DNA of 62,610 nucleotides, filler included. It is 4 parts of 4 records of this genome, joined end to end, with 100 filler letters (N's around TTAATTAATTAA, not from the genome) between each part and the next. Parts side by side here need not be neighbours in the genome. Positions count along the whole stretch, not along the records: positions 16,980 to 33,894 come from SRR20825019_1547; positions 33,995 to 39,852 come from SRR20825019_1550; 2 more parts are not named here. One strand, 5' to 3'. Shown piece after piece: positions 26,571-36,716 of the stretch. The notes below the pieces were generated by a model. It was not told the origin of the DNA. It was given only the letters and a program-made list of their open reading frames with translations, and did not search any database. The translations under genes were made by a program, and so were the position numbers. The stretch's first letter is position 1; every line of letters starts with the position of its first letter.

Positions 26571-29500
26571 ATGAAGTTGCAGGCTTGCGTACTGCTGGCC
26601 CTTGCCCTCGCGGCCGTCATGGCCTCAGACGCTCTAGACCGGGACGCCTCGCGTTCCTCCGGCGACCGGGAGGAGAAGGACCGGTCGGACCTTATCACCA
26701 GTGACGATTCCGGCGCCGACGACGTGAAGGACGAGTGGCCCAGCCGGGAGGACAAGGAATGGTCGGACCTTATCACCAGTGATGATCCCGACGCGAACGA
26801 CGTGAATGAACGGTTTATGGAGGATGCTTATGACAAGCTGGTGGAGGAGTGCGACGAATCCCTCGCTACACTTCATGACCGCAGCGCCTTTGGTCTCGTC
26901 AGGTTCAAAACCATTGCCGGCCAGGCGGAGACCAGGCAGATGTCAGGGAAGATCGGCGGGTTCTTCGAGCAGCACAGTGAGGCTGCTGTCTTTGGACACC
27001 ACTGTGACGCAGAGTTGCCGCCTCAGCTGACCATGTTTAAGAGTAGCGTGTGGCCCAACAGCTGCAGCGGCGTCGTTCACGAAAAAAATATCAAAATCGA
27101 AGAAATGCCGAGGAGCCGTCACCGCCAGCCGTTTTTTGATCGCGTGCTTATCATATCAGATCATGTAGCCAATCCGATCAAGAGCGTGATGGAGCTGGAG
27201 TTCCTGTTCAAAGCATCCGGGTATGAGTATCGTGCTTACCAGGATGGGTCCATCGAAGGGGAGCGGCGGCCCAATCAAAAACGTTTCTCGTGGCCAGAGC
27301 GTTGCGCTCGGAACACTGAGGGGTCGAACACTCAGAGGACCATGAACCGCTCATTCAGTGTCATCGTGGACGTTGAGCCCGTAGAAATCCTTAAGAATAT
27401 ATACATGCTCAACGCGATTGTGGAAGCGGACCACATCATTGTCGTTCAGGTGTGTCCATGTGTATCTATCTGTGTGGCGGCCTAACCCCTGACTGGTGAT
27501 GCAACAGAGCACCGACTTTGATCTTGCCAACGTGGTGGCTGGTGTCACCAATAAGCCCGTGGTCACCTATGCGACATCGGAGGGCAGCTGGGTGTCCGAG
27601 GGTGGCCGTGCCGGACTCAACGCCATGCTGGACTACTGCAACGCAGGTACAGTGCGATATTGCGCCCTACGATCTATAGTCCCTGACGTCCTGACTCTGT
27701 GCGCGCGTGTGCAGGCGTCGCTGTTGTCAATATCGACAGCTCCATTGGCGCATGGTCATGGGCGGTGGCCGCAGCCAATTTCCGCCGTAATGCTGTGCTT
27801 ACCAGCCAATTGTGTGTTCAGAGTGGCGATACGTGCCAATGCGGTGCCAGAGTCAGCCCGGTTCTGGACAGGAGAGGCGGGGCGTTGATGGAGAGAGAGC
27901 ACAAGGCCTTCACCAAGCTGGAAAGGAAGATTACACACTACAGGAAGCAAGCTGCCGCCGCACTGAATAAGAAGATCGCCCAGTGGGAGGAGGAAAAACG
28001 CGCCTCGGCGACTGAGGAGGGCAAAGATGAGATCAACCAAAGGATTGCGGCGGCTGAGGGTCTTCTCGAGAGCGGAGAAAAGCCCGCGGTGCAGGCGAAG
28101 CGCGATAATATCTTGAGACTGGAAGGGAAGATCAGTCAATTGAGGAGGGAAGCATCCGCCGCGTTCGAGGAAGGCGATGGGAATGTGGATGACGATTTGA
28201 TCGCGGAACTTGAGGACGAGCTGAATCAAATCAAGGAGAGGCTGAATACGGCGAAAACCTGCACAGATCGTGCTGCGATGGAGAACTTCAGGAAGGACAC
28301 CGCCAAGTTTGCAGCCGGCATCTGCAGAGTCCAAACAGCTATGGACCGTGAGTTTATGGCGCGCTACATGGGGTAAGCAGCTGTACTGGTGGTGCTTGTC
28401 GGACCGTTCTAACCTGGAACACAGCCGGGACCCTGTCGTCAACTTGAAAGCGCATACCGATACCTACGCTAGACGCATTGCCACATTATTGAAGAACCGC
28501 CTGCTGCAGGCATCCGGATTCACTCCCGACGGGATTCCGAGGCCCGGGGTCTCTTTTATGACCAGTGCTTTCGGAAAAACAAACGTTCAGCTTGCGAACG
28601 CCATGCGGGAGAATGATTACTCTCCAAATATTGGAGCTGAACAGGCCAGCGAAGTGCTTTCGTGTTACTATTCTAAGTGTTTCGATAACAATGGAAAGCG
28701 GGAGGTCATGACATGCTCCAACGATCAAGTTCAGAAGGAGAAGGCGGAGGCTAAGAGAGCGAGGGACTACCGAAAGAATGAGCGAATGATCCGGGATATG
28801 CTGGACACCTGCCCGGAACATTTCATGGGCGGCGAAATTGCTGACGAAAGTCGCATTTCGACCTTCGTTGCTAATGCTCTCGGGCCACCGCCCGCCCCTT
28901 ATGAAGACCAATGCCCCACTATGATTCACACCCCGATCATGTACGATCCCGTAGCAAAGCTGCTCTACCGCCGTGATGTGACAAATGACGTGGATCTGGG
29001 GAAGAACTCGGGCTACTTCAGCGGGCGCGCTTGCGTGGTGAGCGCGGGCATTGCGGACCAGGGTGTGGTGCGTGCGATGATCAAGATTTTCAACCTGAAT
29101 GGAGTGTCAGTGGACATCGAAGAGGACCTTGGGGTCAACTCCATCGCCAAGGACACCCTTAGGGTGATGCGTCTCCAGTCGGAGTGTGACCTTTTCATTG
29201 CCACAGCAGGGATGGAAGGGACGTTGCCTGAGGTGGTGGCGCAGATTGCCAGGGGTGCGCCGGTCATCTCGGTCCCATCCAACGTAGGTTACGGTGCTCA
29301 CCAGGAAGGCATGGCCACGCTTGGCGCGATGTCCACATATCCCACCCCTGGCATGGTCGTGACCAATATCGACGCTGCCACCTCTGCTGTCACCGTCGCT
29401 CTTTCCTTGATGAATACTCATTACTTCAAGCGCGATCGGTATTTCGAGACTGAGCGGGAGAAGAACATGGATGAGCGGTCCTGTGACCTGTGCACACTGA

Positions 29501-29742
29501 TGAAGCCAGAGAACTTTGCCGGTAATGGGAATGAGTTTGAAGAGGCGTGCTTCTCTGTGCACGGGTGTGCAGTCTGCCCTGGCGATAACTTCAAGGGCAA
29601 GCCGAAGTGCGTATCAATAGAGCGTGTCCAGACGGACAGGTATCAGAACTGCATGTATGGACAACCGGATAACATCTTCGCGCAATCCGCCGGATCTGGT
29701 GCTACGACCACGCTCAAGAACCTGCTTGGGAAGAATCAGTAA
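26571..29742 (+). CDS. Secreted protein with two LarB (AIR-carboxylase/PurE-fold) domains, a central coiled coil and a Cys-rich tail
   Basis: Exons 26571-27449, 27508-27646, 27715-28372 and 28425-29742 splice in frame. Signal peptide MKLQACVLLALALAAVMA. Domain 2: FGKTNVQL, YDPVAKLL, GRACVVSAGIAD, EDLGV, IATAGMEGTLPEVVA, PVISVPSNVGYG, VVTNID. Domain 1: RVLIISD, ADHIIVVQSTDFDLANVVAGVTNKPVV, GGRAGLNAMLDYCNAGVAVVNID. Confidence 0.85.
26666..26810 (+). repeat. 78-bp (26-aa) coding tandem repeat after the signal peptide
   Basis: Units start at 26666 and 26744 (ccgggagga.aagga..ggtcggaccttatcaccagtga.gat), encoding REEKDRSDLITSDD and REDKEWSDLITSDD. Confidence 0.85.
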
Positions 29743-29889
29743 AGTTTTGAGACCGAACGTAGCGAATCATGTTGATCTCATCAGTGCCTTGGGTCCCCAG
29801 TCAGTTTTCGTCTGGTCTGCGGTAGTACCAAATGTGATGAGCAATCGCATTCAGTAATCTCTCTATAGCGAACGCCGTTTACAGAGTAT

Positions 29890-30390
29890 GGGCTGCCCGG
29901 CATGGCCCGGCTCAGGCGCCCGGCCGGGTGGCCCGGGCGGCGCCGAGGGCGTAGGGCCGCCGGCCCAGCGGAACTGAGCTGGAAGCAACTCAACTAGTAG
30001 AGTAGGGTGGCTCGCGAGTCCGGGCTGGGACTCGTCGCTCACGCCCGCGGCGGCTGTCAGCCGGGGTCGAACCACCTTGGGGAGTAAATTCTTTTTTGGG
30101 TTACGGGTCAGTCTCCACTGAGACCCGGACGACGGGCCGCCGGGGAAGGTTTACGCCGGGCGGGCCGGGCGCCGGCCCGCACCAGACCGAGTGAGGCTCC
30201 TGCGGCCGCCGGCTCTCAGGTCCGGCGAGGCCCGACCTGGCTGGTCAGTGCGGGCGGTGAGTCGGGCCGGCCGCCGGGGCTGCGCGCCGCCGCCGGGCCG
30301 CCGCACTGGGGGACCGGACTCTTTTGGCTCGCGCCCGGCCCGTGTGAGGTGCCCGTAGGACGGACTGCCTCCAGTCCTGAGCAGGCGGGG
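29890..30390. promoter_or_regulatory. GC-rich island upstream of the 30495 gene
   Basis: Same composition and words (cgagtc, gactcg, gtgagtcg), followed by an AT-richer tataa segment near 30410. Confidence 0.45.
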
Positions 30391-30494
30391 CAGTGACTTT
30401 ATGACTACAAATATAAAGGACCGTCACCATACTCATGTGGTGCAGAGGCTTGGCAGGACCACCACAATAGTTCAGCTGTAGAGGCTGGGAAGCG

Positions 30495-33316
30495 ATGACG
30501 ATCCAGCGCATCACCGTGCTGCTACTGGCCCTGGCGGCCATGTGCTTTGCTGCTGTAGCCGCCACCACGTCAGAAGGAGGCCAGTGGGGGAAGACCAGGG
30601 GCAAGGTTGCGCCCCCCAAGTTTGGAGTGTGCAACCTTGCGGCCTCGGGGCCGAACGAGGGAATGTCGTCTCTTGAACAACAGACTCGTTCAGAGTACCC
30701 CGTCGTGTTTGTCGCGGGGGACTGGACGATAGCAATGGACGGGCTTCAGTTGCAGCATGTAAGTACGGGAGCTGTCAGGCGGGCTGAACACTAACGCCAT
30801 GCTGGCTGCTTAGGCCGACCTTGACCTCGGCTATCGCGTTCGCGACGGCCGCCTGCAGGTGTACGTACGGAGCGCTCAGAGCATACGGGCGGACCCGTGG
30901 CGTCACCATGCCTGTAAGGAGATGACCCCGGCACACCTGCGGCTCTACATTGAAAGGTGACGTCGCAGCCAGACGGAGTCTTGTTGGAACTAACCAGCCG
31001 ACGCAGGCTTTATGTCCATGAGAATCGTAAGAACGCACGGCCAGCGGGGCTGACAGAGGCTTTCATTGCCAAGGCGAAGAACTCGGTGAGCGGACTGTCG
31101 CCATGAGGGGCTGGCTCGATCCGAATAGCAGCTGACACGCGCTGGAATAGATCCTTCCCAACCCCTTGATACTACGCGGGGTGTCAATGCAGGTGGACAT
31201 GGGAATATCTGCCGATGGCTATGACATGAAGGAGACTCATGGGGAGAACCCGCTCTTCCGACTCACCGACCTACCCGAGGATAACCCCCAGAATCAGTAC
31301 AGTTTCTGCTTCCAAAAGCTCAAGTGGAAGATGATGTCGGGTCCGTTCTCACGGCTGACAACCAAGCTGGAAAAATACCTCAGCGTGCTGGAAGGGGTGC
31401 TGCGAGGCGTGCTGGGTAATGCGATCAAGTGCTGGCTGAGCCAGGGGCAGCCCGGCGGACTGGAGCTGTTCCTAGGTGACGCGCGCAGGGCCGTTACGGC
31501 GATAGACAAGGTGCATCTATTGTGTGCACGAGGGGGGGTGGAGTGCGTGTTTTAGTGTTGAACTGACTTGTCTCGCTGCAGCTCAAGCAATGCCAAGCTC
31601 TTACCGAGTCGAGTACACCCCGTACGGTGCAGCTGCAGCATTGCATTGAACTGCTGGACCGGGAAGGGTTCCGGGTTCCTAGCGCACTCCGGAAGGTGGA
31701 GCCCGGCATGTCTATGGGGCAGCTGAATGACCTGGGGAGCCACATACGGGATGTCATCGCCGCAATGGGCACCGATGAGAACACCACAAAGTTCTCCCTT
31801 CAGTTCAAGTTGCAGCCCGAGCGTGCGTTGGAGGATCTGACGAGTGGGATGTTGCCAAATGTGAGCGGCGTCCATCCGTCGTTTTCACTTTTGGTTATCG
31901 TGCTGATCATTCGTTCCTGTAGATATCGGTGGAAAAGAGCATTGGTGTCAACCTCAATTCCAAGACTTTGCTCCGAAGTATAGTGTCATCCGCGGAGGTG
32001 AGATATCGAGCAGGATCAACGCCGTCGTTGCTAATATTGGTTCTGCAGTCGGCAAACGCGTTCCTGGCCATGACGGATGATTCATTATCACTGAACGCCG
32101 CGTTCCTTCGCACTCTCGTGTCCAATTGGATGCTAAAGAATGGCGTGGAGGGCTACGATCTAGCCGCGGTGATGTCTATAATTTCAGAAGCATATATCAC
32201 CAAACTGTTCGAGGTACGACATGGTGTGTGCCGGCAGCACAGGCATTGACTTTCGGTCCTAGTCCAAGCTTCTCGCAAATGGAGTCACAGCAAAGATAGA
32301 GCGGACTGATTCGGAGGAAAACAGTGTTGCGGAGCTATTTGTGGATCACTTTGAGGGCCGCCTGGACAGCCGGAACAACCCCGTCAATGTCCCACTGAGG
32401 CTCTTCCTGAAGCACGGGCAATGTGCAGTGAGCATGGCGACGCTGGTGCGGCTGTGCAGGGATGACGAGGCATGCATTCGACGCAGAGTGCGGAAGAATC
32501 CGGGTGTGTTCTCGATGACGGCCGCACAGGTGATGGAATACCTAGAGGGAAGCGAGGTACAAGCCAAGGGGCTGTCGATGGTGGGCGTGTACGAGTATAT
32601 GATCAGGTACGCTATGCCTTGAGGTTGAGAGCGATGCATTGTGCCTGACGGCGGCTTGTACAGGTCGATGTTGACACCAGACTTGTGGAGTGATATAGCG
32701 GAGTCCTTGTGTTCCCAACAGAACTGCCACGTCTTAATGGATATGGTGGACGAGTTCATGCGGTGAGTAGCAAGTGTCGTGAAGGCCCTTGGCGGGAGTG
32801 CGTGTTGATGTGTGATTTGCAGGGAGGCGCCATTCCTGGCATCACTCTCATTGCCCCGGGGCCCAGGGCGTGGGCTCCGATTTGACAAGGATCGATTCGT
32901 CTTGGAGACAGCCGCCCAGTACAAGGGCCGACTGAGTAAGCACAGCGTGCGTGTTCGAACTGATAACGATGCTAATAACAAGATCAGATCTTGGGAAGGT
33001 GCTGGGGCTCGCTGTGAATGCCGGGTCATACCTCATGAAGATTGCCGAAGAGAAAAATTACGACGCGGCATCGTGGATGGCTGTGGTGGACCATCTGTTC
33101 TCGATAGATGATCTGTCGTCGTGGACTTCGTCCTCATATGATGGGTCGGAGTGGTACGAAAGTAGCGAGAGTGGCGACGACAGCGACGGGGAGGTCTACG
33201 CCTCGCCACAGGGCCGCGAGCCTAATGGGTACGACGACGTGGATAACGAAAGCATCCCCGACGAGTATGGTGGTCTTGATACCCACCCGCTTGAAGATCA
33301 CCCTGGGCGCCTGTAG
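30495..33316 (+). CDS. Secreted protein of unknown function with acidic C-terminus (multi-exon)
   Basis: Signal peptide MTIQRITVLLLALAAMCFAAVAA. Successive + strand exons separated by GT-AG introns. Ser/Asp/Glu-rich tail ending at TAG 33314-33316. Confidence 0.62.
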
Positions 33317-33894
33317 ACTCCCTTTCTAGAACTTTAAAGCATGCCCCATCATATAGATAAACTCAGTGACTCTGCTTCAATGTTTATAATGCGGCAGCAA
33401 GATGAATTCACTGCCCATGGTATAATCGCGGCTTGTTCACGACACACATCCGGAAAGCATTTTCTGCTCGAGCTCCGAGTCAAAAATGCAATCAAAAGGC
33501 AATGAAAATAAAACTGCAAAATAAAATGAAAATGAAAGTCGAAAGGGAAACGGAAATGACGAGAGGGATCGCGGCTACTTCATCCTCAACTTTGCAGTGT
33601 GGCGTCCGGTACCTGTGCTATCACTCATGGCCAGAGCTATGTGCGCATCCCATAAGGCGCGCAACCTCGGCCTTCAAGGCTGCGCATTCCTTCTGCACAA
33701 CACCAAAACCACACTATCAGGACACAGTGCCATATATATGATTAAGCGATTCAGCAACGCGACCATACCTTGTGGCTCTTCCAGTGGCACGTACTCGTCG
33801 AGTACTTTGATTTTACCCCCCCTTGAGTGATTCTATCTGGCCAGTGATCACATTTCTCCATTGGGTTGAGTTGACTGGATGACTCTTGAAGACC

Positions 33895-33994
33895 NNNNNN
33901 NNNNNNNNNNNNNNNNNNNNNNNNNNNNNNNNNNNNNNTTAATTAATTAANNNNNNNNNNNNNNNNNNNNNNNNNNNNNNNNNNNNNNNNNNNN
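33895..33994. other. Artificial contig-joining spacer
   Basis: 44 N + TTAATTAATTAA + 44 N. Confidence 0.98.
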
Positions 33995-34354
33995 TGCCAC
34001 TGCCTGTTCCAGTTCTATGTCGCGGACGGCAAGCTCTCCTGTCAGCTCTATCAGCGCAGCGCGGATATCTTTCTTGGTGTGCCGTTCAATATCGCGTCTT
34101 ACGCATTGCTGACTCTGATGGTTGCTCAGGTCACAGGCCTGGAGCCCGGAGATTTCGTGCATTCCTTCGGGGACACCCATCTCTACCGCAACCATTTCGA
34201 TCAGGCCCGCGAGCAGTTACAGCGTGTGCCTGGGCACCTGCCCACTATGCGTATCAACCCGGAGGTCACCGATCTGTTTGCGTTCCGCTATGACGATTTC
34301 GAGCTCGTTGGCTATGAGGCCGCCCCGCATATCGCCGCGCCGGTCGCGGTCTAG
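33995..34354 (+). CDS. thyA: Thymidylate synthase, 5'-truncated
   Basis: [49 protein letters not shown]. No introns. Confidence 0.97.
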   Translation, partial: CHCLFQFYVADGKLSCQLYQRSADIFLGVPFNIASYALLTLMVAQVTGLEPGDFVHSFGDTHLYRNHFDQAREQLQRVPGHLPTMRINPEVTDLFAFRYDDFELVGYEAAPHIAAPVAV

Positions 34355-34356
34355 AG

Positions 34357-34887
34357 ATGGGCATGGACGATAAGATTGTGCAGTTTCCGGTGCCGGTCAT
34401 CGTTGTTGCGATGTCCGATAACGGAGTGATCGGAGACGGCGAGAAGATGCCCTGGCATCTGCCCGCCGATCTTAAGCGGATGAAGCGCATCACCATGGGC
34501 AAACCGCTGGTGATGGGGCGCAAGACGTATCAGTCAATTGGCAGAGCCTTACCCGGCCGGACCAATATCGTGGTGACCAGGGATCGGGGTTTCAAAGCCG
34601 AGGGTATTGAGATTGTGCATAATCTTGACGAGGGGCTGGACCTTGCCCGTCGCGTGGCGCTGACGGATGGCGTTGACGAGATTATCGTCTTCGGCGGTGC
34701 CGAGATCTATCGCCAGGCCTTCGACAAGGTACAGCGCCTGCATGTGACGGAAATCCATGTCGACGCCGAGGGACAGACCCGGTTCCCCGATTTTGATCGC
34801 ACCGAGTGGCACGAGACGGACCGGGAGAATCATCCGGCAGATGGAGACGCGCCCGCGCATAGTTTCGTCACGCTGGAGCGGAGCTGA
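34357..34887 (+). CDS. folA: Dihydrofolate reductase
   Basis: NGVIG..MPWHLPADLK, VMGRKTYQSIGRALPGRTNIV, FGGAEIY. Lies directly after thyA. Confidence 0.96.
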   Translation: MGMDDKIVQFPVPVIVVAMSDNGVIGDGEKMPWHLPADLKRMKRITMGKPLVMGRKTYQSIGRALPGRTNIVVTRDRGFKAEGIEIVHNLDEGLDLARRVALTDGVDEIIVFGGAEIYRQAFDKVQRLHVTEIHVDAEGQTRFPDFDRTEWHETDRENHPADGDAPAHSFVTLERS

Positions 34888-34890
34888 GAA

Positions 34891-35409
34891 ATGAAGAACG
34901 GGACGGTAAGCCTGCGCGCCATGGACCCGGGCGACGCGGAGCAGGTGCTGGCGATCTATCAGGCCGGGATCGATACCGGTCACGCGACTTTCGAGGTGCA
35001 GGCACCTAGCTGGCCCGCGTTTGATGCGAAATATCTGCCCGACTGCCGACTGGTCGCGCTTGCCGATGATGCTGTGGCGGGCTGGGTCGGCCTGACGCCG
35101 GTCTCGAGCCGCGTGGTTTATCGCGGGGTGGCTGAGCACAGCATCTATATCGCGCCCGAAGCGCGCGGCATGGGCGTCGGCCGGACGTTGCTCGCAGCGC
35201 TCATCGAGCAGTCCGAGCAGGCCGGATTCTGGACCCTGCAGACAAGTATCTTCCCGGAAAACGAAGCCAGCATCCGCTTGCATGCCGATCACGGCTTCAG
35301 GGTAATCGGCACGCGGGAACGGATTGCGAAAATGACCTATGGCCCGATGGAAGGGCAATGGCGCGACACCACCATCATGGAGCGGCGCAGCGCCATTGCC
35401 GGTCTCTAG
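34891..35409 (+). CDS. GNAT N-acetyltransferase, Pat/YncA/ArsN1-like
   Basis: IYQAGIDTGHATFE, VSSRVVYRGVAEHSIYI, ARGMGVGRTLL, IFPENEASIRLH..GF, WRDT..MERRS. Confidence 0.9.
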   Translation: MKNGTVSLRAMDPGDAEQVLAIYQAGIDTGHATFEVQAPSWPAFDAKYLPDCRLVALADDAVAGWVGLTPVSSRVVYRGVAEHSIYIAPEARGMGVGRTLLAALIEQSEQAGFWTLQTSIFPENEASIRLHADHGFRVIGTRERIAKMTYGPMEGQWRDTTIMERRSAIAGL

Positions 35410-35417
35410 GCGGGGTA

Positions 35418-36575
35418 TTAATTGAAGACGATATTCGGAGCTGCCCGGCTCCCCGTTTCGCCGCTACCGACTTTGCTCCAGACCTTGTCCGCAATGCCTT
35501 TATAGGCAACCGAATGCGGGCTGTCCGGGGCCGAAACCACGATCGGGTTCCCGGCGTCCGAGGTCTCCCGAATATCCATATGCAGCGGCACTTCGCCAAG
35601 GAAGTCGACGCCGATCCGCTCGGCCTCGTCCCGGGCACCGCCATGACCGAAGATATCCGAACGCTCGCCACAGCTCGGGCAGAGGAAATAGCTCATGTTC
35701 TCGATGATGCCGAGTACGGGCACGTCGACCTTGCGGAACATGTTGAGGCCCTTGCGGGCGTCCAGCAGGGCGATGTCCTGCGGCGTGGAGACGATGACGG
35801 CACCGGCCAGCGGCACGCGCTGTGACATGGTGAGCTGGGCGTCGCCCGTGCCCGGCGGCATGTCGACGACGAGCACGTCGAGCTCGCCCCAGAGCACGTC
35901 GCGCAGCATCTGTTCCAGAGCGCTCATCACCATCGGGCCGCGCCAGATGGTCGGGCTGTCCTCAGGCACCAGGAAGCCGATGGACATGCATTTGATGCCG
36001 AACCGCTCCAGCGGCTTCAGGGTCTTGCCGTCTTCCGTTGTCGGACGGCCGGAAATACCCATCATGCGGGGCAGGGACGGGCCATAGATATCCGCATCGA
36101 GAATGCCGACGGTGAGGCCGGAGGCCTTCAGCGCGAGGGCGAGGTTAATGGCGGTGGTGGATTTGCCGACGCCGCCTTTGCCGGAGGCAACGGCAATGAT
36201 CGACTTGATGCCGGGGACCAGGGTTTTTTGTGTGTTCTGTGCCGGGCGCGCTTGCGGACCACCCGTGGCGGCTTGTGTCCGGGGCTGTGCGGGCTGTGCC
36301 TGGCCGCTCCCGCCCTGGCCGCCGGGGCGGTGTGCGGTGAGTACGGCCGTGACCGAGAGAACACCCGGTAATGCGTCCACGGCTTTCTCCGCCGCCTGGC
36401 GCAGCGGCTCAAGCTGCGGGCCGCGTTTCGGGTCGACCTCGATGGCGAAGCCGACATTGCCGTCTTTCACGACAAGACCGCTCACCATGCCGAGAGAAAC
36501 GATATCCTGCCCCTTGTCAGGGTCTTCCACAACCTTGAGAGCTGCCAGGATTTGATCTTCGGTTACCCGTGCCAT
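35418..36575 (-). CDS. mrp: Mrp/ApbC (NBP35 family) Fe-S cluster carrier ATPase
   Basis: N-terminal DP..DIVSLGMV domain, ASGKGGVGKST, DADIYGPS, WRGPMV, DMPPGTGD, ENMS..CPSC. GGAG RBS upstream of ATG 36575. Confidence 0.95.
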   Translation of the reverse strand: MARVTEDQILAALKVVEDPDKGQDIVSLGMVSGLVVKDGNVGFAIEVDPKRGPQLEPLRQAAEKAVDALPGVLSVTAVLTAHRPGGQGGSGQAQPAQPRTQAATGGPQARPAQNTQKTLVPGIKSIIAVASGKGGVGKSTTAINLALALKASGLTVGILDADIYGPSLPRMMGISGRPTTEDGKTLKPLERFGIKCMSIGFLVPEDSPTIWRGPMVMSALEQMLRDVLWGELDVLVVDMPPGTGDAQLTMSQRVPLAGAVIVSTPQDIALLDARKGLNMFRKVDVPVLGIIENMSYFLCPSCGERSDIFGHGGARDEAERIGVDFLGEVPLHMDIRETSDAGNPIVVSAPDSPHSVAYKGIADKVWSKVGSGETGSRAAPNIVFN

Positions 36576-36716
36576 GCTTGATTTCTCCGGCTTTTGGCCA
36601 ATATGCGAATTCAACGTAATGTTTCGCGCAAGCAGATATACGCTTCCCCTATTCCTTTGCAACAGGGGGGGCATCTGCTAAGAGCGACGAGCGCTTTATG
36701 ATGAGGGGAAACATAT

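Noticed and set aside
22271-26810. Short direct repeats as CRISPR-like arrays
   Set aside because: Each has only two copies, a period that is a multiple of 3, and lies in frame in a coding exon. No cas genes are present.
28990-29410. Calling the domain PurE (AIR carboxylase)
   Set aside because: It lacks the PurE SxSD, SAHR and AAHLPG motifs and has the LarB-type GMEG, VPxxVGYG and NID motifs.
33330-33894. Possible 3' end of a minus-strand gene at the contig edge (similarly 16330-16879 and 18080-18540)
   Set aside because: Only short open frames with no recognisable motif, so a call cannot be supported.
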